Positions 1 to 13,523 of a stretch of 64,000 nt of DNA are shown piece by piece. Below the pieces are notes generated by a model. That model did not search any database and had not been told where the DNA came from. It worked only from the letters and a program-made list of their open reading frames with translations. A program made the position numbers and the translations under genes. Within the stretch, counting starts at the first letter, position 1. Every line of letters starts with the position of its first letter. Source of the DNA: Octopus vulgaris (Eukaryota); the NCBI GenBank assembly GCA_951406725.2, contig OX597827.1:30194001-30258000 (forward strand), given 5' to 3'.

Positions 1-59
<59 letters not shown>
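1..59 (+). repeat. (TAA)n microsatellite
   Basis: Perfect TAA triplets at the window start. Confidence 0.95.
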
Positions 60-60
<1 letters not shown>

Positions 61-2772
61 AGGACTTCTATAACTCCTTCAGATGTGCAACAAAAATAAT
101 AATAATAAAATTTTTAAAAAAAGCTAAACTCCAACCCCAAAAAGTTCTACCAAGAACTTGGCAAAAATAAAATAAAGATCACTGCAGCACCAACGGCAGA
201 AGAAGTGGAAGAATTCTGGAGAGAAATATGGTCGTCGAACGAACAACCAGAAATAAGGAGTATTAAAACAACAAACTCAGCATCTGAGCAACTTTGGACC
301 CCCATAACAACTGAAGAGGTCACCCAGGCACTGCAAAGACTAAGCAACTGGAAGGCACCTGGGCATGACAAGATCCCCAACTTCTGGTTGAAATATCTAA
401 CAGGAATGCACAAAAAGCTGGCTGAAAACTTTAACCACATACTAGCAGAGCCAGAGACAATGCCTTAATGGTTCACGAAGGGGAAAACCATCTTAATTCC
501 CAAATCAAATGAGACAGCAAAACCAGAAAACTACAGACCAATAACCTGTCTCCCTACAATATACAAGGCATTTACTGCAGTGATATCGCAAAGGTTGAAC
601 AAGCACCTGGACGAAAACAACCTGTTTCCAGAAGAGCAGAAAGGATGCCGCAAAGGCTCATATGGCTGTAAAGATCAACTAATGATTAATAAACCCATAA
701 CTGAAGACAGCCACAGAAAGAAGAAAGGCCTCAGTATGGCCTGGATTGACTACAAAAAGGCGTTTGATAGCATCCCCCACACATGGATCCTCGAAACACT
801 AGCCATTAACAAAGTAGCACCAACAATTATAAAATTCATAGGGCACTCTATGAATAAATGGCAAACAGTGCTACAGCTCCAAACAAAAGAGGGACTCATG
901 AAAACCAAAGCTATCCCCATTAGAAGGGGAATATTCCAGGGAGACACGCTCTCTCCACTCCTTTTCTGCTTGGCACTGTCACCTCTATCTGATATGCTAA
1001 ATAGAACTGGATGCGGATATAAATGTTACGGCAAAACGATCAGCCACCTTTTATATATGGATGACCTAAAACTATACGCTGCAAATGACAAACAGCCGGA
1101 AACACTATTAAAGACAGTTCATGGATTTACCAAAGAAATAGATATGAAAACTGGATTAGAAAAATGCGCCAAAGTAACCATGAAAAGAGGAAAACTAGTT
1201 AAGAGTAGCAACATCACACTAGATAAAACCAATGAAATAAAAGAATTAGACCAAAGCCAATCTTACAAATACTTAGGAATCCATGAACTAGATAAGACAC
1301 AACACACACAAATGAAAGAGAAAAATAAAAAAAGAATATTATAGACGAGTTAGATCAATACTAAAAACAGAGCTCAATGCTAAAAACAAGATAATAGGTA
1401 TTAACACTTTAGCTGTCCCAGTTATAAGTTACAGCTACAATATCCTTAACTGGACACTAAATGAACTGACCAAAATAGATAGGAAAACAAGAAAAATAAT
1501 GACAGGATCTAGGATGCATCACCCAAAATCTGACATAGAAAGACTATATATACAACGTATAGAAGGTGGTAGAGACCTTATACAGCTGGAAAACTACTAT
1601 AAAATAACCACCATAGGACTGCAAAAATATCTACTTCAAAAGGAAGGAAAACTGATACAAATAGCAAAAAAACACGAGCAAAACAAAAATCTGTTCTCAG
1701 TATTTAAGGAAGCTGACAAATACAAACAAGAAATCATACCACCTAACAAATATGAAGAAGAAGAAGAAGAAGAAGAAGAAGAAGAAGAAGAAGAAGAAGA
1801 AGAAGAAGAAGAAGAAGAAGAAGAAGAAGAAGAAGAAGAAGAAGAAGAAGAAGAAGAAGAAGAAGAAGAAGAAACAACAAAAGCTATAAAACAAATGAAA
1901 TCCAAACTAATAGAACAGCAACGATGGCAAGAAAAGCCCCTTCATGGTAAATACTGGACTAAACTAAACGCAAAAGAAATAGACAAAGAAAAATCCCAGC
2001 AATGGTTGAGAAGCTCAGGACTCAAAGCAGAGACAGAGGGATTTTTAATTGCAGCACAAGACCAAAGCCTCCCTACCAGAAATTACCAAAAACATGTAAT
2101 GAAAAGAAATATAACAAGTAACTGCAGAATATGTGGAGATGGACAAGAAACAATAAAGTATATTATCTCTGGTTGCCCAGTCCTGGCTAAGAAGGAATAT
2201 ATTCGTAGACATGACAGAGTTGGAACCTACATACACTGGAAGCTATGCCAACATTATGGAATAACAACAGAAAAAAGATGGTATAGGCACACACCAGAAA
2301 ACGTCACAGAAAACGAGAAAGCAACCATACTCTGGGATATGCCAATATACACACATAGAGAAATTAAGGCCAACAGACCAGATATAATTCTGAGAGATAA
2401 CGAAGAAAAAAAATGCTTTCTAATTGATGTATCAATACCGGCAGATGACAACGTGTCTCTAAAAGAAATGGAGAAACTTTCAAAATACAAAGACCTGGAA
2501 ATAGAGGTAACCAGAATGTGGAATCTAAAAACAGAAACAATTCCTATCATAGTAGGTGCATTAGGCATGATAAAAAATATTCAGACAAATACATAACAAA
2601 AACACCAGGACTTACAAACACATATAACATACAGAAAATTGCACTACTAGGCACTGCACACATCCTACGCAGAACACTTTCCATACAATAACCATCAGAG
2701 CATCACAACAAATCACAGCACATACCTAAAGCACACAGAGCTGCGCACGCTATAAAAATAAAACTACTGAAC
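60..2772 (+). mobile_element. R4/Dong-clade non-LTR retrotransposon (RT + CCHC + restriction-like endonuclease), 5'-truncated and disrupted
   Basis: ORF pieces 205-468 (KAPGHD), 580-1344 (AWIDYKKAFDS, GIFQGDTLSPLLF, YMDDLK) and 1499-2596 (CRICG...ETIKYIISGC, RHD, RPDI...IDV...K..KY). Stop at 466-468 and frameshifts near 1330 and 2580. Flanked by TAA repeats on both sides, the known Dong target. Confidence 0.9.
1754..1873 (+). repeat. (GAA)40 expansion, in frame (poly-Glu) inside the Dong ORF
   Basis: 120 bp of perfect GAA; the ORF reads through it. Confidence 0.95.
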
Positions 2773-2983
<211 letters not shown>

Positions 2984-5763
2984 CAGATTTTATTATTGTC
3001 AGATTTTATTATACCCACACACAACACACCACCAGCACACATGCTTACATTTAAAATCACACAAGACAATTATAATAAAATCAAGGAGAAATTCCCAAAC
3101 GATGTTGGGTCGCTAGGGAGGAATTTCCCAAAAAAAACTCTACAAAAACCTGGTGGAAACACCCGTGCAAAAGCACTAGGGAGCCATCCCACCAAACAAC
3201 AACAGGAAATAGAGCCTTTTTCTCTTTAACCTTGCAAAACATGGCAAAACTCTGAATCGGTAGCATAAATGTGAGAGGCCTCGGATCACCTTGGAAACAG
3301 GGTCACCTGAGGTCTCATAGGGTGGATATAGCAGCCATTAGTGAAACCAGGCTCTCCGACCCGCAGGAACTCGCGGCCCTTTTCGGCGGATACGAGATTT
3401 TTCTATCTCCGTGTCGGCCGGGAGCGGACGGTGGTGGTACTGCGGTTTTGTCTCGGAAGGGCCTGGATTTGAAAATAAGGACAGTCTTCCTGGTTGCGGA
3501 AGGTAAGTTGATGGTCCTCGACGTAGACTTTCAGACTGCTGGCTGCCTACGCTCCGAAAGGAGCAGGGCAGTCCGATTATTTCAAGCGTCTGGAAGTTTT
3601 CTTGGGAACGTCACGCACTCTAGTGCTAGTTGGGGATTGGAACGCTGTCTTAGACGAACGTTTCGATCGGGTGGGCACGGGGGCATCTAATAGGAGTGGG
3701 TGCAGGAGCCTCGCCAACCTTCTCAGGTGCTTTCAGCTGTCTGACAGGTTTCGACTAGACAACCCGAATGTGCCAATGTGGACTTGGACTAATCGCATCG
3801 GGTCGTCTAGATCGTACTTAGATAGAGTCTTCTGTAAGCCAGCGGATAAGGACAGCATAGGATGTTCGCAATTCCACCTAGTCGACTACACGGACCACAA
3901 ATTCGTGATCTGTACGGTCGACTTAGATAGCCTACATAGACAGGGTCCCGGCTACTGGAAGCTGAACGCGTCGTTAACGACGTGCAAAGCCTACAGAGAC
4001 CGGATTAGTTTATTAGTTAAACGGGCGCTCACGGGGGCAATCATCAACAACAACTGGTGGTTTGCTCTCAAGAGAGCAATTAGAGCAGAGTCGATTAGGT
4101 TTAGTAAGGCTCTAGCTGTAGAACGTAGGAAAATAGAGCGGGATTTAGTTAGAAAACTAGACGAGGCTCTTGAGACAGGCATCGCAACCGACGTGTTGGC
4201 GGCTAGGTTGGCCCTCGACCAACACTTTAACGCCAAACACGAAGGCTGTGTGGTCAGATCTAAGGCGCGCTCGCTAAGTGGGGAGGGGACTAAGGCCGCT
4301 CGATGGGCCCATTTGACATCTCGCGTTCGGTTCGCCAAAGATTCCCTCTCTCCTCCCTCTTGTACGTATTGTCTCTCGAGCCATTACTGCACAAGCTGGA
4401 GGCTTTGAGGGGTATCCCGCGCGATCTAGGAGGTGGAAACAGCGTGTCTGCCTATGCCGATGACGTCACTGTGATGGTGTCGAGCCACAGGCACATTGAC
4501 TTGATTGGCGAGACACTAAACGAGTACGAAACAGTGACAGGTGCAAAGATTAACGCGAAAAAGTCCGTGGGCTTGCAACTGGGCACCTGGAGAGGCAAAT
4601 CCATGCCGTCCAACAGTGTCGTAGGGCGCTGGACAGACGGACCCGTTAAACTGCTCGGTGTCTGGTTCGGTCCAGACCTCCAGGTGGATAAAAACTGGGA
4701 AGAGGTGACGAACAGGTGTGGTCATCTTTTGTCAGACGCGACTTTCCGCAGCTCGTCTCTTTGACAGAGTTGCAGTCTTGGATCAAACGCAGACCGAGAA
4801 AGGGCGCTTGGCACCTCGAGTGCCGTCAAGCTCTCTCCGCCCTCCACCAAGCGGGCAATGCGATCGGTAGTGGTTCCACTATAGCGTTCTATAGAGGTTT
4901 AGTGGAAGAAAAATGCGACGACATTCTTGGGGAAACTCTAGGCGTTGACGATAACGAGCTAAACAGTCTGTTCGAGGGAACTTTCGGGCCGGGGCCAATG
5001 GATAATTTCCTAAGGTCCCTCGCCTGGCAGTGCTACCGAGGGGCTCTGCCTGTTCGGGATAAACTCTACCGGCACGGAAGTGCTGTCAGCCGGGCCTGCC
5101 CGAGGTGTGCCCAGGACGACGAAACCGTTCTGCACGCACTCGTCCAGTGCCCGAGTATTGCTGAAATATGGGTTTATGTCGAACAGCTACTGTCGCGTAT
5201 AGGACGGATCCGGCTATCAGCTGAATCCATAGTGAGGATTGCCCCGCCGACCTCCTTTAACCGGGAGGGCAAGGCAGTTTTCCTTTGCCTAGTGGCTGTA
5301 GCGAAAGAGGTGATATGGTGGACCCGTTTGAAAGGGCTAAGCTCAGACACTTTCCTCTTTGGTCAAGGCCTCATCCACTTGAAAAGGAAGATGAGAGTAG
5401 AGAGTGAAGTGCTGTCTGGTAGCAAGTTTATTGAAAGGTGAGTGAATGTTGCAAGAATGGCCAGTATGAACGGACCAATTCTGAGGATACACCTGTGAAA
5501 AATTAAAAGGAAATATAAAAGGAGAAAGGGGCTCTCTACCCCCTTTTTGACCAGGCTCCCGTGGCTTTTATGGGTTTTTCCACGAGTAACCTTTCGAAGC
5601 GCCTCCCCCTATTGGGAGTTTTAATTGTTACTTATATTTCGTTGTTATCCTGCTTTTGTACACGGACTTTTTTCAAACGGACAAAACCCTTTGTAACTTT
5701 CGTCCTGTGCTTTGTCCTTTATGTTTTAATTGATTTTTGTTAGCCCTTGTGGCCAATAAACAA

Positions 5764-5765
<2 letters not shown>
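2984..5765 (+). mobile_element. Tx1/L1-clade LINE (APE endonuclease + RT + C-terminal zinc knuckle), internally deleted
   Basis: APE motifs (AISET, GDWN, YLDR, TDH, GYWKLN) at 3271-3970. RT motifs (SVRQ..PLSSLLY, YADD) at 4303-4720. CPRCAQDDETVLHALVQC in 4716-5441. AATAAA then a (TTA)n tail. Early RT subdomains are missing. Confidence 0.85.

Positions 5766-5838
<73 letters not shown>
5766..5838 (+). repeat. (TTA)n microsatellite / LINE tail
   Basis: Direct reading. Confidence 0.95.
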
Positions 5839-5839
<1 letters not shown>

Positions 5840-6488
5840 TGAAAGAGACCGAAAGAGGTGGAAATCCGTTGGTGCCAAATCAGGAGAGTACGGCGAGTGT
5901 GGCAGCACTTCCCAGCCATGCGTTTGAATGGTTTCCTTGGTCATATTGGCGTTATGAGGGCGGGCGTTGTCGCCGATTAGGTCTTTTCTCTTGGATAGCC
6001 ATTTTGAATCGTTCCATGTCGAACATAGAGTTCCATGATGACCGTTTAGTTCCATTCAAGCAGTTCGTAATGGATAATCCTTTCCCAGTTCCACCATATG
6101 CACAACATCGTTTTGCGGTGTCGCTTGTTTACCGGGGCTAAGCCATTCCTTACGCTGCTTCATATTGATTTACATGCACCATTTTTCGTCGCCAGTAACG
6201 ATTCGGTAAAGAAATCGTTGCTTGTATCCACGAGTTGAGCCGTGACGAGCAAGCAAGCCAGCGGAGATTGTGGATTGTTGATTTTTGTTGTTACTATTTA
6301 AAGCATGCGGAACCCATGCTCCATACTTCTAACCTTTCCCATCGAGTGAAGATGCTTCTCTATAGCAGTGTGGGAGCATTCCATTTTCTCTGCCAGTTCC
6401 TTTGTCGTTTGACGAGAATTTTCGTGCAAAAATTGGTTTAATCGCTCCTCTGCAAACTCAACTGGACGGCCAGAACGAGGTGCCTCTT
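5839..6488 (-). pseudogene. mariner (DD34D) transposase fragment
   Basis: EAPRSGRP...HTH segment, DNARPH, and WEVLPHSPYSPDLAPTDFHLFRSL. Truncated at both ends by simple repeats. Confidence 0.9.
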
Positions 6489-8106
6489 TGGTGCTTGTAG
6501 TGGTGATGGTGGTCGTGGTCGTGGTGGTCGTCGTGTTTGTGGTGGTGGTGGTCGTCGTCGTCGTGTTGTTGTTGTTGTTGGTGGTGGTGGTCGTGGTGGT
6601 GGAGGTGGTGATGATGGTGATGGTGGTGGTGGTGATGATGGTGGTCGTGGTGGTGGTCGTGGTGGTCTTCGTGATGGTGGTGGCGATGGTGGTCATCGAT
6701 GGTGGTGGTAGTGTTGTTGTTGTTGGTGGTGGTGGTGGTCGTCGTCGTGGTGGTCGTGGTGGTGGGGGTGGTGATGATGGTGGTGGTCGTCGTCGTCGTC
6801 GTGGTCTTCGTGATGGTGGTGGTGATGGTCATGGGCGTAGTGGTGGTGGTGGTCATGGTGGTAGTGGTGGTGGTGGTGGTGGTGGTGGTGGTGGTGGTGG
6901 TGGTGGTGGTGGTGGTGGTGGTGGTGGTGGTGGTGGTGGTGGTGGTGGTGGTGGTGGCTGAAGCTGTCGTCTGGGTTTTCCAGTTTTTCGTGTGTCGGTG
7001 GCGGCGTTGGCGTTCATGCTCGCACCTGCACCTGTGTAGCTCCTCCTCTTCTTCCCTCCCTCGTGAAGCTGTGGGGAAGGCAGGGTAAGGGAAATCAACG
7101 TCGTAAAGCGTTGTCAAATTCGCTAAAAAAGCTGAAACAGATCCACAAAAACGGAAACACGCCACACAGGGAAGGTTTCCCGTGCAAACAATTTGCACAA
7201 CCGAATGTTTTAGTTGTTGCACAACTTTTACTTAAAAAATATAATCCAAACACAAACTTTTGAAGGCAATATTGTATGGCGATGGTACTTGTGAAATATG
7301 GTAATGGATTTAGTAGCCAAAAGGAGAGAGCAGAGGCATATTATGGTGGTGGTGGAGGCGGTGGTAATGGCAGCGGTGGTGGCCGTGGTGCTTGTAGTGG
7401 TGATGGTGGTCGTGGTCGTGGTGGTCGTCGTGTTTGTGGTGGTGGTGGTCGTCGTCGTCGTGTTGTTGTTGTTGTTGGTGGTGGTGGTCGTGGTGGTGGA
7501 GGTGGTGATGATGGTGATGGTGGTGGTGGTGATGATGGTGGTCGTGGTGGTGGTCGTGGTGGTCTTCGTGATGGTGGTGGCGATGGTGGTCATCGATGGT
7601 GGTGGTAGTGTTGTTGTTGTTGGTGGTGGTGGTGGTCGTCGTCGTGGTGGTCGTGGTGGTGGGGGTGGTGATGATGGTGGTGGTCGTCGTCGTCGTCGTG
7701 GTCTTCGTGATGGTGGTGGTGATGGTCATGGGCGTAGTGGTGGTGGTGGTCATGGTGGTAGTGGTGGTGGTGGTGGTGGTGGTGGTGGTGGTGGTGGTGG
7801 TGGTGGTGGTGGTGGTGGTGGCTGAAGCTGTCGTCTGGGTTTTTCCAGTTTTTCGTGTGTCGGTGGCGGCGTTGGCGTTCATGCTCGCACCTGCACCTGT
7901 GTAGCTCCTCCTCTTCTTCCCTCCCTCGTGAAGCTGTGGGGAAGGCAGGGTAGGGAAATCAACGTCGTAAAGCGTTGTCAAGGAGCGCCAAAACAGAAAT
8001 CGCTAAAAAAGCTGAAACAGATCCACAAAAACGGCAAAAACCGCCACACAGGGCTGGTTTCCTGTGCAAACAATTTGCACAACCGAATGTTTTAGTTGTT
8101 GCACAA
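6489..8106. repeat. Tandem duplication (6489-7224 / 7386-8106) of a (GGT/GTC/GAT)n low-complexity block plus ~270 bp of unique sequence
   Basis: The two copies share the same irregular triplet pattern and the same unique tail; they differ in the length of the pure GGT run and by small indels. Confidence 0.9.
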
Positions 8107-8107
8107 A

Positions 8108-8375
8108 TCTTTATATATAAAAGTGAAGTTGTGTGTCTGTCTCCTACGATTTAGATTCCTAACTACTCCCACATTTTGCGGTGCAGTTTAACCAAAACCG
8201 GGTATCTTATAGTCGTGATACATATCGAGCCCTTCTGGGTAATGGCGCGCGTCTACGATGAGTCTACGATTTTAAAAAAAATTTACCATCATTTTTTCCA
8301 CTTTAATGCATTTTTCGCTATTATATAAGGGAAGTAACTCTCTAAAACTGTCTACGATGAGTCAACGATTTAAAA
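8108..8375 (+). mobile_element. Probable 5' end of a non-autonomous Helitron
   Basis: A^TCTTTATATATAAAAGTGAAGTTGTGTGTCTGTC resembles invertebrate Helitron 5' termini (TC start after A). No CTRR 3' end was found. Confidence 0.45.
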
Positions 8376-8722
8376 AAAAGTTGGCGGTATATTCTCCACA
8401 TCGTACAAATGATGTACCGCTCACGGCGACGCTGGAGAGAGTAGAGTTTCAAGGCTTTAAGGCGATCCCAATAATCGAGAGCAGCCATGCCTTCAATTCG
8501 TTTAGTGAGTGCTCTCTGAGGTGATTCAATCCTCGAGATGTTTTACATATATATATATGTATATATATATGTATGTATATATATATTTACATGTATATAT
8601 ATATATATATATACATATATATACATATAAATACATATATATACATATATATATACAAATGCATATATATATATACATATATATATACATATATATACAT
8701 ATACATATATATATACATATAC

Positions 8723-8847
<125 letters not shown>

Positions 8848-8946
8848 GAGAAATGAATTATAATTTCAACAATTGAGGGTAAAATTAATTAGTTATTAAT
8901 CAATTTCACCAAGTATTCAGTATGTAAAAGGACCATTTAAGGCGAA

Positions 8947-9395
8947 TTCAAAATATTACATTATATAAAAGGGCTTAGTAAAAATAAATTACTTTGCCAC
9001 ATACTGAACTCATTAGAAATAGCAGCCAAAAAAGTTTTTTTAGCTATTTCTAATACTTAAAGAAAATTTCTCTCAGATAGTGTTTACTCAGAATAACCCA
9101 CGAAGGTATGGGGGGTAAAAAACATTAAAAAATCACAAGTGCAAAGATTATTTGAGAACGTTACGTTTCTAGATCAGCCAAATAAAATTCGACATTTCTT
9201 TCGTCAGCCCAAAATTTCTTAATTTGGATTTGGAAACACTGAAAGTAGGAACATACCCTTTGGCGACTAAAGAAATTTTCTTTAAGTATTAGAAATAGCT
9301 AAAAAAACTTTTTTGGCTGCTATTTCTAATGAGTTCAGTATGTGGCAAAGTAATTTATTTTTACTAAGCCCTTTTATATAATGTAATATTTTGAA
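8947..9395. repeat. ~125-bp inverted repeat enclosing a hammerhead motif (Penelope pLTR-like remnant)
   Basis: 8947-9071 is the reverse complement of 9270-9395. Confidence 0.8.
9151..9213 (-). ncRNA. Type I hammerhead ribozyme motif
   Basis: Minus strand reads TTTGGG-CTGACGA-(stem II)-GAAAC-GTAAC-GTT-CTCAAA. Stem I pairs; the base of stem II is imperfect. Confidence 0.6.
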
Positions 9396-9415
9396 AAAAA
9401 AATATATATATATAT

Positions 9416-9862
9416 AGCATAATTAAATCTCAGAATGAGATTGAAACAGTAATCGCTCGATAATGTAATAGCCCCAAGTGATCGTCGTCTCTAGCTGACT
9501 TTAGACACAATATCAGTGCCGTTGGAGTATTTGCACTGATGTCGAAAAACGGACAGTAAGCATATACTTTACATTATCGAGCGATTACTGTTTCAATCTC
9601 ATTCTGAGATTTAATTATGCTTACTGTCCGTTTTTCGACATCAGTGGCGGATGCCACTAGAAAAACTTATATATTTCCAAAGCAGCCTTCACTTTCATCG
9701 CGACCTGGTGGTTACCGCCCGTTGACGAGGGACAAAAATCCCGAAACTAGTTCGAGCGTATCACTCAGGCTTGTGAGGAAGGGATGGCCTCCCTTTGCAA
9801 ATACTCCAAGGCACTGATATTGTGTCTAAAGCCAGCTAGAGACGACGATCTCTTGGGGCTAT
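9416..9862. repeat. Nested inverted-repeat element (Penelope pLTR-like rearrangement)
   Basis: Three inverted pairs: ~9416-9468/9569-9622, ~9469-9536/9795-9862 and ~9535-9565/9616-9646. Confidence 0.8.
9716..9758 (+). ncRNA. Minimal hammerhead ribozyme motif, degenerate
   Basis: CGCCCG-TTGACGA-GGGA-caaaaa-TCCC-GAAAC-TA-GTT-CGAGCG, with palindromic stem III ACTAGT and a C3>U change in the core. Confidence 0.55.
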
Positions 9863-9926
9863 AAAGCTACAGTAACACCCCCTCCCCAATGTGGTTAGCC
9901 ATGATAAGATGGCTTCTATGCTTTAC

Positions 9927-10002
<76 letters not shown>

Positions 10003-10048
10003 CATACATACATATATATATAGATAGATACATATATATATATATGTG

Positions 10049-10120
<72 letters not shown>

Positions 10121-10138
10121 TCCTTAAATGCTTAAAAA

Positions 10139-13118
10139 TGTTTCAGCCCGAACGCTGCGGCCATGCTGGGGCACCACCGTGAATGAGCTACGCTAATATG
10201 TGAATCCACCTCTGATACGCGGCACTTGGTCAACAAGGGAGTTTGATGCCGCTGCCCGCTTCTGTGTCTCCTGCGGTGAGGTAGGTTTATCTGGGACCCC
10301 CGACAAGAACAGATTCAGTTTAGTTTTAAAGAAACCCACATCCACACCATGCAAGTCTCTCAGGCATTTAGGGAGGATGTTAAAGAGCTGTGGTCCTCTG
10401 AAACCCAAGCTATTGCAGTATCTGGTCCTTTATTTTGATGGTGATGTTGGAATCTTTGACACTATGCAGTGGCGCCCCGTTCTGCGGTTGGGGTAACTTT
10501 GAATGCCAAAGTTTGGGACAAGACCCTCCAGGATTTTCCAGATGTATATCACCACATATCTCTCCCGCCTGCGCTCTAGGGAGAAGAGTTTTAATACTTT
10601 CAGTCTTTCCCAGTAGCTGATATGTTGCATTGAGACGATCTTTTTAGTGTAGCTTCTTTGAATTGCTTCGAGTTCTGGTGTTAGCTTTATATTGTATGGT
10701 GACCATAGTTGGGAGCAGTAGTCCAAGCGGCTGAGGACGAAAGTTTTCCACAGGACCATCAGTGTCTCCTTCTCTCTTGTTCTGAAGTTCGGAGAAACCA
10801 TCCAGCTAGACGTCTGCATTTTATCACCAGATTAGTAATATGCACTTGGAAAGATGCATCATTGCTCATGTCAATGCCCAGGTCACGCACTGATTTTGAC
10901 TCAGGGAATGCAATTCTTCCCAGGCCAGTGTATCCAATCTGCATGTCGTTTACCTTTGTGTGCTGGTAGCGCAGGGCCTGAAACTTACCTGCATTAAACT
11001 GCATGTTGTTGTCCTCAGCCCACCTGTATATTGTATCCAACTCCTGTTGCAGATGTGCAATATTTCCAGGGTTTTGTATTGTGTGGGAGACTTTTGTGTC
11101 ATCTGCATAGCTAGCAAGGGTGGCCATCTCAGTAACTGAGGGCATGTCTGAAAGGGCCACTATGAACATCAGCGGCCCCAAGACAGTGCCCTGTGGAACA
11201 CCGCTTGTTATTTGTGTTTCCTTGGAGGTGGCTCCATTGCCTTCTATCTTTTAGGAAGTTGTGCAGCCACTCTCAAAGTTTTCCGCCTATGCCGAGACCA
11301 CGCAGTTTGTGACAGATCATACCATGGTCGACTTTATCAAAGGCTTTTGCAAAGTCGAGATATATAAATCCACATTTGAGCCATTTAGTAGCTGTCTTAA
11401 CACCCATTCATAGTGTTGCAGGAGCTGTGTTAGGCAGCTTCTACCTGGTCGAAATCCATGCTGGGTGTCAGACAGAAAGTCATTTTCTTCAAGGAACATG
11501 ATTAGTTTCTTGCGGACTATTCGTTCCATGACCCAAACTTCTTTATCTGCTCTCTCCTTTTCATGGGATTGATGCAAACTTTTCTCAATTTCCATTATCA
11601 TTCTCTCGAGCCGAGACTTCTCATCACTTTTGGTGTGCTTGCTCAGGCGGTTCGCAATCCTTATCCGTCGTCTTATGAGAATCATCCTTTCTCTAGGGAT
11701 CCTGTTTTTGTTTTTGCGTGTGCTGGGACATATTTGTCACATATGGCTTGTATTATGGACATAAAGCGTTTGTGTTTCATGTCAATGTCCGGTGTGGAGA
11801 GACATTGTTGTGATCCGAGATAATCGTGGGCATCACTTTAACATTATGGATAATATCCATATTGTTTGTGAAGCAGAGATCCAGTATATTATCTGCCCTT
11901 GGTTGCAGAACTATTTGCTCCATGAAAGAGGCATTTGTGAGATGGAGCAGGGACTCTGCCTGTGCCTGCTGATGGTGTGTCATCCCTGAGAGCATCTGCC
12001 CCCCCCCCCCCCCCGGCCATTCCACATTGGGGAAGTTAAAGTCACCTATGAAGAATACACTGTTGTGTTGTTCAAGGTTGGTGAGGACTTCTATTTTTGT
12101 TAGGCAGTCTTCAAACATGCCTGGTTGATTTGGGGCATCTGGTGGGCGATATGTAGTGCATATGACGATATTCAGTTGTCTTATGCGTACAATTTGAGTG
12201 TCACACACTGAGTTTGAATATGACAACAGGACCTAGGGCGTGAGATCATCTCGGACGTACATTGCAACTCCACCATGGCTCCTCCCTTTTCTATCTGAGC
12301 GTATGACTGCATATTGCGGTATTGCATGTCACAAGGTCTCTCAGGAATGAGATTTTCCTTTTACAGTTGCCGCGCAGCAGCCCTCCTACGTTCAGTAGAA
12401 ATATTTTTGTGGTGTGTGTGTTGGTGTCAGTGGTGGCCATCCTGCATCTGTTGGTGGTGGCCTTATGTGGTGGTAGTTCCAGCTTTGTGTTTGTAGCCAT
12501 GTCAGCTGCTGAACAATTTTTTGTGCCATGCACAAAAAAATTGCTGTTCAGCTGCTGCCCTTCTCACATCTGGGTGAAGCTGGCCATTTGTTGGGCTATG
12601 CAGTATCTTTTTTGGACCGCGTACTACATCCGCATATCGTCTTTCAGGAGTGGTCAGTGCGCCGTTTTTCCTTCTTTTATATTTTTCTTTTTCTTTTTGT
12701 TCTCCCCGAGGGAGGGATTTCTGTCTTGTGTCCGAGCGGTTTTGGTAGGGCCTCTGATGTGTAAAGCGAAAGTTCGCACCTTCGACGCCGAACCAGCAGT
12801 CCCCATTCAGGTAGAATTTGCAGATGTTTCTGCCTTTTTCTTATAGTTCTTGCTAAGGTTCTTTTGATTTTTCTGGACTGATTTTGTTTTAGCTTTAATT
12901 TTCTTGTCGTTTACCTCCTGTTTCCCATCAGTTTTAGGGTGTTTTTCTTTTTTTGCAGCCATCTTTCGTCTTCAGTTGTGTCATTGCTTCCCTTTGTTCT
13001 AGGTTCCTCGGTTTTGTATTTTGTTGGGTCCTGGATGTTTTCTTCATCCTTTTCGCCTTCACTGGTGCAGTCACCTCGTAGGATGATGTCCAGAGTGTCT
13101 ACGTGTTGCCTGATTAGA
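10139..13118 (-). mobile_element. CR1-group LINE, degenerate with internal deletions
   Basis: APE motifs (GDFNFP, ILDLCFTN, SDHN) at 11777-12400. RT motifs (QHGFRPGRSC, GVPQGTVLGP, YADDTK, LERRRER) at 10193-11520. ORF1 remnant with a CCCH-like finger at ~12757-12822. 3' hairpin at 10144-10157. Confidence 0.9.
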
Positions 13119-13173
<55 letters not shown>

Positions 13174-13523
13174 GAGATAGGGGTTGAAAATTCAACCCAC
13201 TATGGGATAACATATATCCAATATACTGCTAGAGAGGTACCCAACAAGACTAATACATAGATGTTAAAAATTGCCAAGCAATTAGTTCATCTACTGTATT
13301 ATATGGGCAAAGGTAAAAATATTACCGTAAATTAATACTACAAAATTAGAAAATGGAGAAACATACTTAAATCAATAAAACATCAACCATCAGATGATAC
13401 CCAATCAATACTTTATTACACCATTACATAACAGTAAAGGCATTATACAAAATATATTGTAAATATAAATAGACAAGGAAATAGAAATATAAAATATAAA
13501 ATATAATATGTAATTATATCATA

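Noticed and set aside
6298-7981. Poly-Thr/His/Gly/Val ORFs resembling mucins or His-rich proteins
   Set aside because: All frames are open because the triplet repeats lack stop codons; there is no gene structure.
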